A DNA stretch of 64,000 nucleotides. Source: an uncultured Candidatus Peribacteria bacterium. Its GTDB lineage: Bacteria > Patescibacteriota > Gracilibacteria > Peribacterales > Peribacteraceae. The stretch lies in assembly GCA_964575275.1 (NCBI GenBank), contig CAZNPE010000005.1, positions 16,402 to 80,401 on the forward strand, given 5' to 3'. Made by a program: the position numbers and the translations under genes. Positions 17,898 to 28,124 of this stretch are shown piece after piece. The notes under the pieces are model-generated. The model saw only the letters and a program-made list of their open reading frames with translations, was not told where the DNA came from and made no database searches. How positions within the stretch are numbered: the first letter of the stretch is position 1; each line of letters opens with the position of its first letter.

Positions 17898-19322
17898 ATG
17901 TCTATGACAAAGAAATCACTCGCTTCGACAGGCGATGTTCCTCGTGGAGAGAAAGATCTCACCACTGGAAACATCCGTTCGCAACTGTGGTCGCTCTCGT
18001 GGCCAATGATGCTCTCCGTCTTCTTCTACACGCTCTACAACATTGTCGATGCGTACTGGGTGAGCAAGTTGTCTCCGGAAGCTATTGCCGCAGTCAGCAT
18101 CTCGCAGATCACACTGTTCCTCATGGCATCCATCGGGTTCGGTATTACGGTGGGATCTGGTGTCATCATGTCCATGGACATTGGTGCAAAGAACAAGGAA
18201 GGAGCCGAAAAGATTCTGGGGCAATCATTTGTGCTCACCGTCATCGCAGGAGTCTTCTTCACCATCATCTCGCTCGTCTTCCGCCATGAGCTACTCACTG
18301 TCTCTGGAGCGAGTGGAGCAATTTTTGATCCAGCGATGCAGTACTACATCATCAATGCTGCAGGCTCAGTGCTCTTCTTCATACTGATTACCATCATGTT
18401 CGCCTTCAATGCACAGGGCGATACATTCACACTCACCAAACTCTTCGCCCTCTCCACTCTCGTCAATCTGGTGCTGGACCCCATCCTGATTTTTGGATGG
18501 TATGGGTTCCCTGTGATGGGCATTGGCGGAGCAGCAGTTGCCACACTCATATCGCAAGCAGTGTTCATCGTGATTGCTCTCTACTCACTCTCGCGACCCA
18601 CACGCGCGATTCAGTTTCACTTCCGCAATTTGCACTTCAAGTGGGAATCGGTGAAACGCGTCCTGAAGATCGGTATTCCGGCAGCTCTCACGCAAGTCAT
18701 TAACCCTATCGGTCTCTCTGTACTGACAGTGATTACAGCGCATGCATTTCAAGAGCCGGGCACCATCGCATTCAGCCTTGGCTTCCGTATTGAATTCTTC
18801 GCATATCTTCCTGCTGTGGGCTACGGCTTCGGCGCTATGGCAATGATTGCGCAGAACATCGGTGCAGAAAAATTAGATCGCGCCAAAGAGATTCTCCGCA
18901 AAGCACTGATCTATTCGTCAGCGATAGCGCTTGGACTCGGAATTGTGGCTGCAGTGTTTGCGCATCAGATCATCGGCGCTTTCACAACTGACCCCACTGT
19001 GACTGAGTACTCACTGTGGTATATGCGCACCGTGGCCTTCAGTTACTGCTTCCTGGCACTCATGATGGTGGAAGCAAATGCCTTCCAAGCACTCGGGCAA
19101 TCGTGGCCAGGTTTTTGGATCATGTTCATTCGCTTCATCGCTGTCTCTATGCCTTTGAGCTACCTGCTCACAATAGTGCTGGACTTTTCCATTGTTGGCA
19201 TTTGGATCGCGATTATTGCAGGGAACATTGTAGCAGCTGCTATCGGCTACATTTGGATTTGGTCGCGCCTCAACCACTTCGATTTTGCTGACGTGGAAGA
19301 GACGGTGCACATGAAAGCCTAA
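17898..19322 (+). CDS. MATE family efflux transporter
   Basis: 12-TM profile. N-terminal LWSLSWPMMLSVFFYTLYNIVDAYWVSKL is typical of the NorM/DinF family. Length 474 aa. Confidence 0.8.
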   Translation: MSMTKKSLASTGDVPRGEKDLTTGNIRSQLWSLSWPMMLSVFFYTLYNIVDAYWVSKLSPEAIAAVSISQITLFLMASIGFGITVGSGVIMSMDIGAKNKEGAEKILGQSFVLTVIAGVFFTIISLVFRHELLTVSGASGAIFDPAMQYYIINAAGSVLFFILITIMFAFNAQGDTFTLTKLFALSTLVNLVLDPILIFGWYGFPVMGIGGAAVATLISQAVFIVIALYSLSRPTRAIQFHFRNLHFKWESVKRVLKIGIPAALTQVINPIGLSVLTVITAHAFQEPGTIAFSLGFRIEFFAYLPAVGYGFGAMAMIAQNIGAEKLDRAKEILRKALIYSSAIALGLGIVAAVFAHQIIGAFTTDPTVTEYSLWYMRTVAFSYCFLALMMVEANAFQALGQSWPGFWIMFIRFIAVSMPLSYLLTIVLDFSIVGIWIAIIAGNIVAAAIGYIWIWSRLNHFDFADVEETVHMKA

Positions 19323-19354
19323 GTCTTCCGGGGCTTTGTAGTATAATCGGAACC

Positions 19355-19846
19355 ATGCATGAATCTCCCGCACCAAAACCTGGCTTCTTTCGAACATTTC
19401 GACCACTCTTGATCATCGTCGGAATGATCCTCTTGGTCTCCATCCTGAGCGCCAATGGACACTGGCACGAAGGGATGCTCACGTTCATGGCTGGATTTTT
19501 CCTCGTGTTCTCCGGGCTCAAACTGCTCGATGTTCCAGGATTTGCGACAGGCTACGCCAAGTACGATCTTCTTGCTGAACATGTGTATGCGTACGGCTAC
19601 GTGTACCCATTCCTGGAACTCACACTCGGGCTCCTCTACCTCACGCGCACAGAATTGTTTGCGACCAACATTGCGACCATTGTCCTGATGGTGTTCGGCG
19701 GCATCGGTGTCGTGCGAAGCTTGCTCCTGGGACGAAATTTCCAGTGTGCGTGTTTGGGCACCATGATCAATGTGCCACTGACGAAAGTGACGATCGTGGA
19801 GAACTTTGGCATGGCACTGATGGCTGTAGTGATGCTTTTGACATAA
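19355..19846 (+). CDS. membrane protein, MauE/DoxX-like
   Basis: Four hydrophobic helices and an FQCACLG cysteine motif near the C-terminus. Confidence 0.45.
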   Translation: MHESPAPKPGFFRTFRPLLIIVGMILLVSILSANGHWHEGMLTFMAGFFLVFSGLKLLDVPGFATGYAKYDLLAEHVYAYGYVYPFLELTLGLLYLTRTELFATNIATIVLMVFGGIGVVRSLLLGRNFQCACLGTMINVPLTKVTIVENFGMALMAVVMLLT

Positions 19847-19906
19847 GAGTGCCGTTGTCATACACAGGACGAACCGCGTAGACTACGCGTCATCTTCCTT
19901 TCCTCT

Positions 19907-20440
19907 ATGTTCAAACGAATTTTCATCCTTCTCTTGGTCGTGATCGCGGGAATTTTGGGTTACGCGACAACGAAGCCGACGAATTTCCGTATCGAACGAT
20001 CTGTGACTATCGATGCGTCTGCTGACACAATTTACAATCTCATCAATGATTTCCACGAATGGAGCAGATGGTCGCCATACGAGAATATAGACCCAGCAAT
20101 GACCAAAAAGCTCAGCGGCACTGCCAAGGGCAAGGGTGCTATGTACGAATGGGATGGCAATAACAGTGTTGGAAGCGGACGTATGGAAATCATCCGAACA
20201 TCTCGGCCAACGCAGGTTGTAATACAGCTGGATTTCCTGCGACCTATGGAAGCACAGAACACAACAACATTCGACATCGAAGCCGTACGCGGTGGCATGC
20301 GCGTGACATGGTCTATGGAAGGAAAAAACAACTACTTCTCCAAAGTGATGTGTGTCTTTATCAATATGGACACGCTCATCGGAAAAGATTTCGAGGTTGG
20401 ACTCGAAAATCTCAAGCGCACAGCTGAACAAAAGATGTAA
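19907..20440 (+). CDS. SRPBCC (polyketide cyclase/dehydrase-like) family protein
   Basis: N-terminal TM helix, then FRIERSVTIDASADTIYNLINDFHEWSRWSPY ... RVTWSMEG pattern. Confidence 0.7.
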   Translation: MFKRIFILLLVVIAGILGYATTKPTNFRIERSVTIDASADTIYNLINDFHEWSRWSPYENIDPAMTKKLSGTAKGKGAMYEWDGNNSVGSGRMEIIRTSRPTQVVIQLDFLRPMEAQNTTTFDIEAVRGGMRVTWSMEGKNNYFSKVMCVFINMDTLIGKDFEVGLENLKRTAEQKM

Positions 20441-20473
20441 TATTTGCCTATTCCCCTTTCCCACTTTTTTCTT

Positions 20474-20860
20474 ATGAGTAAGCGTGCTGGTTCTGTTGTT
20501 GGTTGGATCTGTGCCATTTTGGTCGGTGCACTCCACATTTTGTCCGGTGTGATGAAATTCCTCCCGGTGACTCCCGGAACAAATAACGCAGTCATGATTG
20601 AACAACTCGGTATTGCAGGTCTTGAGCCAAAGCTTGGCGTATTGCAACTCACTATTGCCATTCTCTTCCTTATCCCCCGAACATCGACTGTGGGCTTCGT
20701 ACTGCTCATTGGCTACTGCGGTGGCGTACTGGCGACCAATCTCACCCATGGCATGCCATTTGCAGCTGTCGCCCCTATCTATGTGATGTTCATCCTGCTT
20801 ACGATCAGTGCGTACTTCCGCAATCCGGAGCTCTTGAGCCGCATCAAGAACAAGATCTAA
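20474..20860 (+). CDS. DoxX-like membrane protein
   Basis: ATG at 20474 (MSKRAGSVVGWICAILVGALHILSGVMKF). About 128 aa with four helices. Confidence 0.5.
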   Translation: MSKRAGSVVGWICAILVGALHILSGVMKFLPVTPGTNNAVMIEQLGIAGLEPKLGVLQLTIAILFLIPRTSTVGFVLLIGYCGGVLATNLTHGMPFAAVAPIYVMFILLTISAYFRNPELLSRIKNKI

Positions 20861-20921
20861 CAAAAATTTTTGAATGAAAAAAGAGCACTCACGCCGAGTG
20901 CTCTTTTCATAGAGTCAGTAG

Positions 20922-22271
20922 TTACTTCGTCTCGGTCTGTACTGGTGGATGGAAATTTGTCAGAAGATAGTTTCCATCGACGCCGATGTACTTGTGAATG
21001 ATGGAGCGCCAGACTGGCTTAGCATAGGTAGCAATAATAGGGCGAACGAGCTCGGCACCATTCTTCATGGTCACAGTGCGCACCCAACCAATTTGATGAT
21101 TGGAGAGTGGCTTCATTGCTGCAGGACGGTTCTTGCTACCAACGAAGAATGGACCCTCCATCTTCACGGTGCGGCCGTCATCGATACCGAAGACGTTCAC
21201 AACAACTTTTGGGTTTTCGAGGTGAGCCTGAATGAGGAGGTCTTCGCCAGTGTCATTCTTGAAACGCATGTCATGCACACCTGGGAACATGGTGGCATCC
21301 AAACCGATACCGTAGAACTCGTAGTGGTCAACGAACAAGCTGTGGTTGCGAAGCTGAACAATAGGTAGACCTGCGAGAAGAGCGGCACGGAACATCGTGG
21401 TTGCAGACTGGCAGATACCAGCACCGTACGTGAGCGCAGCACCACCACCGAAGAGTCCTTTATCCTCCATCCAACCCTTCTCTGGAGTGATAGGAGCATC
21501 CATGGCCTCAACGATAGAGAATGTCTCACCTGCTGGGAGAAGGATGTTATTGAGGTGAGTTTCGATGGCGAGGTGCACGTTATTCAAACGACCGACGGTA
21601 GAGCCGGAATAATCGGAAAGACCTGTGGATAGAAGTGTGTACGAACGCTGCGTGCCATCTGGCATGGTGCGGATGACTACTGGCTTCTTCCACTCAGCTT
21701 CGATCCAGAGGTGACTCTGGCCATCGTGCAGTGCTTGTGCAATCTGTTTGGCAAGCACCATAGGATCGATGTCGTATCCCTCGAGAGCAATGGTGTTTGT
21801 CGTTGCACGAATAATGAGCTTCTCCTGTGCAGACGAAGACATGGTTGCATTGCGAAGAATCGGGAGCGGTAGATGAGAGCCGCTCATCAGGTACGCAGCA
21901 ATATTCTCAGGGCTTACTTTGTTCGAGACCGCACGAAACATGTGCTCCGTTGGGACAGCCCACTCTGGGTGCTCCGCCAAACTGAAAATGGCTTTTGCCT
22001 CTGTGGAGTCCTTTCCACTGAGTGTGACAGTCACCTGACGCTCTAAAAGATCGTCTGGCTGCTGCTCTGTCTGCTCCGCCAATGCAACATCAGCTGGTGC
22101 ACTCTCGTGGAGAGCAACAGGTGTCGTCACACTAGAACGAAGACTGAAAAGCGGCATACTCACCGCATAGGTTCCGATGAACACGAATGCGATGGCAGCT
22201 AGCGCCAAAAGTGCCACGGATACAATGTGCGTAGTGTGTGTGGCGTTACGCTGAATATTTGACTGAGGCAT
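20922..22271 (-). CDS. VanW family protein (paralog 1)
   Basis: GGGAALTYGAGICQSATTMFRAALLAGLPIVQLRNHSLFVDHYE...GLDATMF...RFKNDTGEDLLIQ. N-terminal TM anchor. Confidence 0.75.
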   Translation of the reverse strand: MPQSNIQRNATHTTHIVSVALLALAAIAFVFIGTYAVSMPLFSLRSSVTTPVALHESAPADVALAEQTEQQPDDLLERQVTVTLSGKDSTEAKAIFSLAEHPEWAVPTEHMFRAVSNKVSPENIAAYLMSGSHLPLPILRNATMSSSAQEKLIIRATTNTIALEGYDIDPMVLAKQIAQALHDGQSHLWIEAEWKKPVVIRTMPDGTQRSYTLLSTGLSDYSGSTVGRLNNVHLAIETHLNNILLPAGETFSIVEAMDAPITPEKGWMEDKGLFGGGAALTYGAGICQSATTMFRAALLAGLPIVQLRNHSLFVDHYEFYGIGLDATMFPGVHDMRFKNDTGEDLLIQAHLENPKVVVNVFGIDDGRTVKMEGPFFVGSKNRPAAMKPLSNHQIGWVRTVTMKNGAELVRPIIATYAKPVWRSIIHKYIGVDGNYLLTNFHPPVQTETK

Positions 22272-22406
22272 TTTTATGTGTGTTAATTATAGTTTACTTG
22301 CATATTATAACATATTTTATAATATTATGCAATACTCCCAATTCCCGTCTTCTTTCTCTCTTAGGCTCGTTGCGGCAAAAAAAATTCTCCGCTATAACAA
22401 GCCATC

Positions 22407-23942
22407 ATGAACGTCCTACGCCGATGGCGAAACGCTTGGCCGACTCCTGCACTTGTCTTCTTCGGTCTCTTTTTTGTCGTGGGATACATCGTGCATTCGC
22501 ACTACGGAGTCTCATCCGATGAGCCGACTCTTTTGAAGTACGGCATCGATACGCTCGCGTATTTGCGAGGAGGAGCAGCTCCAACCATCATCGACTGGAA
22601 TTTTCATAATCCGATCATCCAAGTCGTGCTGGCGTACCTCCAGGAACTGCAAGGTTCGACGATGGGCACAGACATTTGGTTCCTGCGACACTGGGTGAAT
22701 TTCCTCATGTTCTTTGTCACCGTTGCGTGCTTTTACCGCATCGCAACGCGTATTTCCGGCGATTGGAAGCTGCCACTTGTGGGCTCGCTCTTCTTTGTCT
22801 TGAGCCCTCGTCTCTTTGCGCACGCGTTCTACAACCCAAAAGACATTCCGACTCTCCTCTTCTTTACGGCATCCATGCTGACACTGCTTCGCTACCGCGA
22901 AGCGCCATCGATGAAGAGATTGATCGTCCATGCACTTCTGTGTGCGATCCTTGTTTCACTCCGCAGTATTGGACTTCTGATGATCGCATTCACGATCTGG
23001 AGCATGCTAAGAGGAAATTCTTGGAAAGAGTCTGGAAAGTCGATTGGCTGGTTTACCCTTGCACTCATCATTCTGACAATCGCCATCTGGCCACGGCTAT
23101 GGACGCACCCAATCGGGAACTTCTTTACAGCGATGACGAGTGGCACGATTCGTACTGGTGGCACCCTGTATTTGGGTGAAATGACAACGAGCACGGCGTG
23201 GCATTACCCATTCGTCTGGATCTTCATCACGACCCCCCTCCTGTATAGCGCACTGTTTTTGATTGGTTCGATTGGCTTTGTCGCAGCAGCAATTCGACGA
23301 CCAATAGCGATGCTCAAAGAACTGCCCGATGAACTCCTGTTCTTCCTCTGGTTCTGGCTGCCGATTGTTGCGCTCATCGCAACAGGAAGCGGCATTTTCA
23401 ATGAATGGCGACATCTTCTCTTCGTCTATCCGGGCTTCCTTCTCCTGGCACTCTTCGGTGTGCAGATGGTATGGCACTGGGTATCGGGAAAGAAGTGGCT
23501 GGAGCGAATTGCGATGGCACTCGTTGTTCTCTGCACTGGGTCGACGACAATCTGGATGATCAAGAATCATCCACTGGAATATGGGTACTTCAGCATTCCT
23601 TCCGCGTGGGTGCGCGGGAATTTTGAGATGGACTACTGGGGACTGTCGTACAAACCAGCACTGGAATACATCCTGGAAACAAATAAAAATTCGACGATCA
23701 ACGTGTATGCGGCAGAGCGAATCGCAGTCGGTAGTGCGCTCACGATCCCCATGGAAGAGCTCAATCGCTTGAACATGGTCGATGCCAGTGAAGCGGAGTA
23801 CATCGTGGATGCCATGATTACAAATGACTACAAGCCTCGCTTCGATGAGAGCGCACTCGTGAAAAATATTGAGATTGATGGGCTTATTCTGGCAAAAATC
23901 TATCGTGGCCCGGATACAACTGGAATATATCCAAAAGATTAA
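22407..23942 (+). CDS. GT-C fold membrane glycosyltransferase (PMT_2 / ArnT-like)
   Basis: Multi-pass membrane protein. First loop SSDEP acidic motif; FYNPKDIPTLLFF; about 510 aa. Confidence 0.55.
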   Translation: MNVLRRWRNAWPTPALVFFGLFFVVGYIVHSHYGVSSDEPTLLKYGIDTLAYLRGGAAPTIIDWNFHNPIIQVVLAYLQELQGSTMGTDIWFLRHWVNFLMFFVTVACFYRIATRISGDWKLPLVGSLFFVLSPRLFAHAFYNPKDIPTLLFFTASMLTLLRYREAPSMKRLIVHALLCAILVSLRSIGLLMIAFTIWSMLRGNSWKESGKSIGWFTLALIILTIAIWPRLWTHPIGNFFTAMTSGTIRTGGTLYLGEMTTSTAWHYPFVWIFITTPLLYSALFLIGSIGFVAAAIRRPIAMLKELPDELLFFLWFWLPIVALIATGSGIFNEWRHLLFVYPGFLLLALFGVQMVWHWVSGKKWLERIAMALVVLCTGSTTIWMIKNHPLEYGYFSIPSAWVRGNFEMDYWGLSYKPALEYILETNKNSTINVYAAERIAVGSALTIPMEELNRLNMVDASEAEYIVDAMITNDYKPRFDESALVKNIEIDGLILAKIYRGPDTTGIYPKD

Positions 23943-24026
23943 GAAAATTATTTCTCGTTGGCGGAGAAGATTTTTTGCAGTGCAACTCATCAATTCGGTG
24001 CATTCATTCTGATACAGTCAGGAGAC

Positions 24027-25382
24027 ATGAAACGCATCCTCTCAGCGATTCTTGCGACTGCGTTTGTCCTGGAATTGCTCCCCACCGTGAGCGCCGCTCC
24101 CGCGCCATTTGCCGACATGGAAGGCCGCTGGTTCCGTTACCAAGAAGCGGTGGAATACCTAAAAGGCAAAGAAGTGCTAAGCGGTTATCCTGATGGTACG
24201 TTCCGACCCAATGACACCATCAATCGGGCCGAACTTCTGAAAATCGTCTTCAAAGGAAAAAGCGATACGACGCCAGGGCAGAGGCGCTGTTTCAGCGATA
24301 TCAATCCCGATGAGTGGTATGCACCGTACGTTTGCGCCGCCAAGAACCGCGGCATCGTGAAGGGGTATGCCAATGGCACTTTTAAGCCAGAGGAACCCGT
24401 GAATTTCGCCGAGGCGATCAAGATCGTACTCAATGCGTACGGAGAAGAGATAGCCGAAACGCCTGGCGCCAACTGGTACAGGGCATACACAGCAAAGCTG
24501 GAAGATATCGAAATTTTGCCGGAGCACTCCTACATCCCATGGAATCCACTGACACGCGAGCGTGCGGCGGATTTGCTGTGGAGAATGCTCAAAAGAGAAG
24601 ACGATCGATTCATTGCCCATCTTTCACCTGGCTGCAATAGCGCACCTCCGACACTGCCACCCACCACAGTCCAGGTGCACGGACAAGATCGCGCATTCCT
24701 ACTCACTATTCCAGGAAGCTACAAATCGCACGACCCTGCACCACTCGTGATTGCGTTCCACGGACGCACCAATGATAACGGCGATGTGAAGAGTTATATG
24801 CGGTTAGATCGAGAGCTAACAGACAGCATCATCGCGTATCCGGCTGCACTGAGAAATGGGAACAATACGTTTTCCTGGGCAGATCCTGGCAATAAACCAC
24901 AGGAAACGCGCGATATCGCCTTCTTCGATGCCATCGTGGAGAAGCTCGCGAACACGTACTGCATCGATATGGATAGGATTTCTGTCGTCGGACATTCACT
25001 CGGTGCGTGGATGGCGAACACCGTCGCGTGTGTTCGCGGCGATGTCATCATGGCGTCTGCAACTGTGGGTGGTGACAGCAGTAACACGAAATGTAGTGGC
25101 CCTGCAGCGGCAATGATCGTCCACAATCCGAAAGATACGCTCGCACCATTTAGTGGTGCTGAGTTTGTGCGAAAACAAAGACTGGAAACAAATATCTGTG
25201 AACCGGTACCTGCAAAGACCGGCCCCGCCGAGCTGAATTGCGAGCGGTACACGTGTACGAGCGGCAACGACATCCTGTGGTGCCCACACACCATCGATAG
25301 TGAAAATGGCAGCTTCTATCCGCACCTATGGCCAAAGCGAACGGCGGAATTTATCGATGCGTTTTTGAGGTCGATTAAATAG
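24027..25382 (+). CDS. secreted SLH-domain protein fused to an esterase (PHB-depolymerase/LpqC-like alpha/beta hydrolase)
   Basis: AGGAGA RBS at 24020-24025. Signal peptide MKRILSAILATAFVLELLPTVSA. Two SLH-like repeats (GYPDGTFRPNDTINRAEL, GYANGTFKPEEPVNFAEA). LVIAFHGRTN and the nucleophile elbow VVGHSLGAW. Confidence 0.65.
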   Translation: MKRILSAILATAFVLELLPTVSAAPAPFADMEGRWFRYQEAVEYLKGKEVLSGYPDGTFRPNDTINRAELLKIVFKGKSDTTPGQRRCFSDINPDEWYAPYVCAAKNRGIVKGYANGTFKPEEPVNFAEAIKIVLNAYGEEIAETPGANWYRAYTAKLEDIEILPEHSYIPWNPLTRERAADLLWRMLKREDDRFIAHLSPGCNSAPPTLPPTTVQVHGQDRAFLLTIPGSYKSHDPAPLVIAFHGRTNDNGDVKSYMRLDRELTDSIIAYPAALRNGNNTFSWADPGNKPQETRDIAFFDAIVEKLANTYCIDMDRISVVGHSLGAWMANTVACVRGDVIMASATVGGDSSNTKCSGPAAAMIVHNPKDTLAPFSGAEFVRKQRLETNICEPVPAKTGPAELNCERYTCTSGNDILWCPHTIDSENGSFYPHLWPKRTAEFIDAFLRSIK

Positions 25383-25459
25383 GTAGTAAGTAGTATGTAG
25401 CTAGTAGTAAGGATATTTATTCAATATATGCTTGCCCTTACTACATACTACTAACTACC
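25382..25459. repeat. stop-codon-rich imperfect palindrome between convergent genes
   Basis: ggtagt/actacc (25382-87 with 25454-59) plus agtagtatgtag/ctacatactact (25389-400 with 25441-52). This gives about 18 bp of stem built from TAG/TAA-type triplets. Confidence 0.6.
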
Positions 25460-25469
25460 TACTACTAAA

Positions 25470-25497
25470 AGAGCCACCTTTGGGATGGCTCTTTCTT
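25470..25497. terminator. bidirectional hairpin terminator
   Basis: agagcca-cctttggga-tggctct (7-bp stem), flanked by aaaa upstream and tttctt downstream. Confidence 0.55.
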
Positions 25498-25517
25498 CGA
25501 TCGCATCGTCACTACTC

Positions 25518-27059
25518 CTACATCACGCGAGGGTCGACTGCTGGAGTCGCCTTCTCGAGAGGCATGGCAGATGGAATCTGCTCATCGAAGAGATCTTTTG
25601 CGAGAGGGACGATGACGTTATTCATGTAGAAGTATCCACCGTTACCACCGCGGATTTCCTTCACTGGGAAGACCAAGGATGGGACGAGGATTTCGGAGTT
25701 CTTGCCATTCTCGTAGCGGTAGTTCATCACGAGGGAGACTGTTGGGTCACCGAGGACAACGGTTGCCTTCTTGGATTCACCATTGCCATCTGGAGCAATG
25801 AGAGGCATTGGGCGTGCATCGATAGGGAACATGCCACCGCCGAGGTTGTCGATGTACTTCATGATGGCTGCAGCATCCGTGACACCGGTGTAGTCGGACT
25901 TCTTGTACGTGCGGTCAGCAATACCCCAGACGCTCATCACTCTGTTTTCCTTGATGTGTACTGTGATTGCGATACCAGTCTTGGCTCCAGACTGATCGTA
26001 TGTTGGCTTATCATCGATCATGAGTGGGAAGACAACCTGTAGAGATTCTGGGATGTAGTAGTCGGCCTTGTTTGGGGTGTTGTCGTAGTCGCGACGCCAC
26101 TGGTTATTGACCTCGGGAGTACCGTAGTTCGACAAATCGATACCGTGTTCCTTGGCAAAGTCCTGCGCAATCTTGATGACAGCATCATCCGATGGAATGT
26201 CACCGATTTTCACTCGCTGCTTCTGGAAACATGCATCAGTTGTGCACTGAGACTGTGGCCATTGGCTCCACATTGCATCGATATTCACCGTTGCCTCACG
26301 AAGGTTGACGTACAGCTGATACCCATACGGACGATCTTGTGTGAACGAGACTGAATCGACATTCATCCCCTGAAAAGAACTGATATCGAGAGTGCCCAAG
26401 TTCAATGCAGATTGGAGTGACGAAAGGGAGAGGTTTTTAGCCGAAGGAGTACGCATGTAGACGGCAACAGAATCCTTGAGATCGGCGATCTTGCCTTCGT
26501 ACACATAGTCGTACTCATAGAATGGATACGGAGCAATCATCTTGGCATCCATGCCCATACCACCGCCGCCCATGCCCATCATGGCAGGCGCGACAGCATT
26601 TGTTGGGCCACCGCCACCAGATTGGTCACGTATGACTGGTGGGGCAGTGGGTGCCTCGCCGTTCTGCTGTGCACCAAGTTCGCCAAAAGCGCCTTTTGAT
26701 GTCTCTTCGATGCGGTATCCGAAGAGATCGGTAGAGGAGCTCGACGTCCCCAGAGGAGGGAGACCTTTGTTCCATGCGATAAAGACGAGTGGGAGGACAA
26801 CGGCGGCAGTCACCGCACCACCGAAGGCGTAGAGTACTTTCTGCCAGACTGAGGAAGACATAGAAGGGGAAGAAGAAAGGGAAGTAGCACGATCTTGGAG
26901 TTGCAAACGGAGAGACTGCACGAAAGCAGCATTTGGTACTTGCGATGGATCGTGCGAGAGTAATTTTTCAATGAGTGGAATGAGTTCGCTCTCATGAGCC
27001 TGAAGATCTGGGTCGATCTCGTAGAGCTCTCGGAGAAACGTTTTCATAGATGGCTTCAT
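25518..27059 (-). CDS. anti-sigma-factor-like membrane protein with a large extracytoplasmic domain
   Basis: Start overlaps the sigma gene stop by 4 nt. Short cytoplasmic N-terminus, single TM (VLYAFGGAVTAAVVLPLVFIAW), then about 400 aa extracellular. Confidence 0.55.
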   Translation of the reverse strand: MKPSMKTFLRELYEIDPDLQAHESELIPLIEKLLSHDPSQVPNAAFVQSLRLQLQDRATSLSSSPSMSSSVWQKVLYAFGGAVTAAVVLPLVFIAWNKGLPPLGTSSSSTDLFGYRIEETSKGAFGELGAQQNGEAPTAPPVIRDQSGGGGPTNAVAPAMMGMGGGGMGMDAKMIAPYPFYEYDYVYEGKIADLKDSVAVYMRTPSAKNLSLSSLQSALNLGTLDISSFQGMNVDSVSFTQDRPYGYQLYVNLREATVNIDAMWSQWPQSQCTTDACFQKQRVKIGDIPSDDAVIKIAQDFAKEHGIDLSNYGTPEVNNQWRRDYDNTPNKADYYIPESLQVVFPLMIDDKPTYDQSGAKTGIAITVHIKENRVMSVWGIADRTYKKSDYTGVTDAAAIMKYIDNLGGGMFPIDARPMPLIAPDGNGESKKATVVLGDPTVSLVMNYRYENGKNSEILVPSLVFPVKEIRGGNGGYFYMNNVIVPLAKDLFDEQIPSAMPLEKATPAVDPRVM

Positions 27060-27625
27060 AGAGAGGAGGGGAAAAGAAGAAGGAGGAGAAGCGACGCTGG
27101 CATTGCTGTGCGTAGCTCGGAGAGTGCACGGGAGAAGAGAACTTTGCAGTTGCCTTCGGATTTCCCAACAAGATGTGCAATCTCTTTGTAGGAAAGACCT
27201 TCCCAGATACGAAGCATCACAACTTCGCGTTGGAGCGGCTTCAGTGTCTGTAGTGCCTTATGCAGTTCAGCGGCATTGATGGACTGCTCTGCCCCCATGC
27301 TGGCGACTTCGTCGCTGGAAAGATCCCACACGGATTCAATATCCACAGTCTTGCGCGCATGACTGCGAAAGTAATCGATGAGAGCATTGCGAGCGATGCG
27401 ATAGAGCCAGGCACGAAATTCGCCCCGAGTACGGTCGTAGGAACGAATAGATTCGAGTGCCTTCAGGAACGTGACGCTGGTGAGGTCTTCGGCCATCGCA
27501 CGAGAGAGCGTGCGTCGGAGGAGATACCGATAGATGGCGTCGACATGGGTTGTATAGAGAGCGTCAAAGTCCTGCAGGCGCCCTGCTTGGCACGCATCGA
27601 TATGCGCGAGTTCAGATGAGTCCAT
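27056..27625 (-). CDS. ECF (sigma-70 group 4) RNA polymerase sigma factor
   Basis: FDALYTTHVDAIYRYLLRR...EDLTSVTFLKA (region 2) and REVVMLRIWEGLSYKEIAHLVGKSEGNCKVLFSRALSELR (region 4). ATG at 27625 (MDSSEL) is preferred over the ORF-track start. Confidence 0.85.
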   Translation of the reverse strand: MDSSELAHIDACQAGRLQDFDALYTTHVDAIYRYLLRRTLSRAMAEDLTSVTFLKALESIRSYDRTRGEFRAWLYRIARNALIDYFRSHARKTVDIESVWDLSSDEVASMGAEQSINAAELHKALQTLKPLQREVVMLRIWEGLSYKEIAHLVGKSEGNCKVLFSRALSELRTAMPASLLLLLLFPSSL

Positions 27626-27891
27626 AAAGATCAGAGGATGAGTAGGATTCCTACAGTAGGGTACTACGAACAAGACCGATGAAAGTAACACCGATCTGTT
27701 GACGTATGCATTCAAGAAGTGGTTAAAGCTATTTCTATATCCCTCGCCCTCTGAATGCCTGCACGAATTGCCTGACCTTCGTCGAACCCTTGCCGTAAGA
27801 ACGCGTTGGCGAATCGAATCGCTTTTCGGCGAAGGCCAGGCTCAAGTGGCTTCATTGCCAATGGATAGTGACGTACAGACCAAGCCATACA

Positions 27892-28077
27892 TTAGTAATC
27901 AACAGACTGACGAGAACTTTGCAGCGGAATGTTCACGTCGGTTTTGAGCATTCCATCATCGCCATCTGCCGGCTGCTGTGCTCGTACGATGAGTGCAGCG
28001 ACATAGGCAACGAAGACGATTGCGATAACAGCAACGATAGCCATAATGACGTTATTGGTGGTCGTGGTATCAGTCAT
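27892..28077 (-). CDS. possible small single-TM protein (61 aa)
   Basis: MTDTTTTNNVIMAIVAVIAIVFVAYVAALIVRAQQ... This is the C-terminal part of the implausible 214-aa ORF 27892-28536. Confidence 0.3.
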   Translation of the reverse strand: MTDTTTTNNVIMAIVAVIAIVFVAYVAALIVRAQQPADGDDGMLKTDVNIPLQSSRQSVDY

Positions 28078-28124
28078 GGGAATAACAGGGGAAAAACAAA
28101 AGAGTCTTCCGAATACGCCGTGGA

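Noticed and set aside
19883-20863. 326-aa minus-strand ORF. Similar long antisense ORFs occur at 4997-6226, 19319-19861, 23097-23993, 25485-26042, 43666-44157 and 57314-67967-type overlaps (57314-57967).
   Set aside because: Each lies opposite a gene with clear family motifs and has a His/Cys/Arg-rich, motif-free sequence. These are typical antisense open frames in roughly 50% GC DNA.
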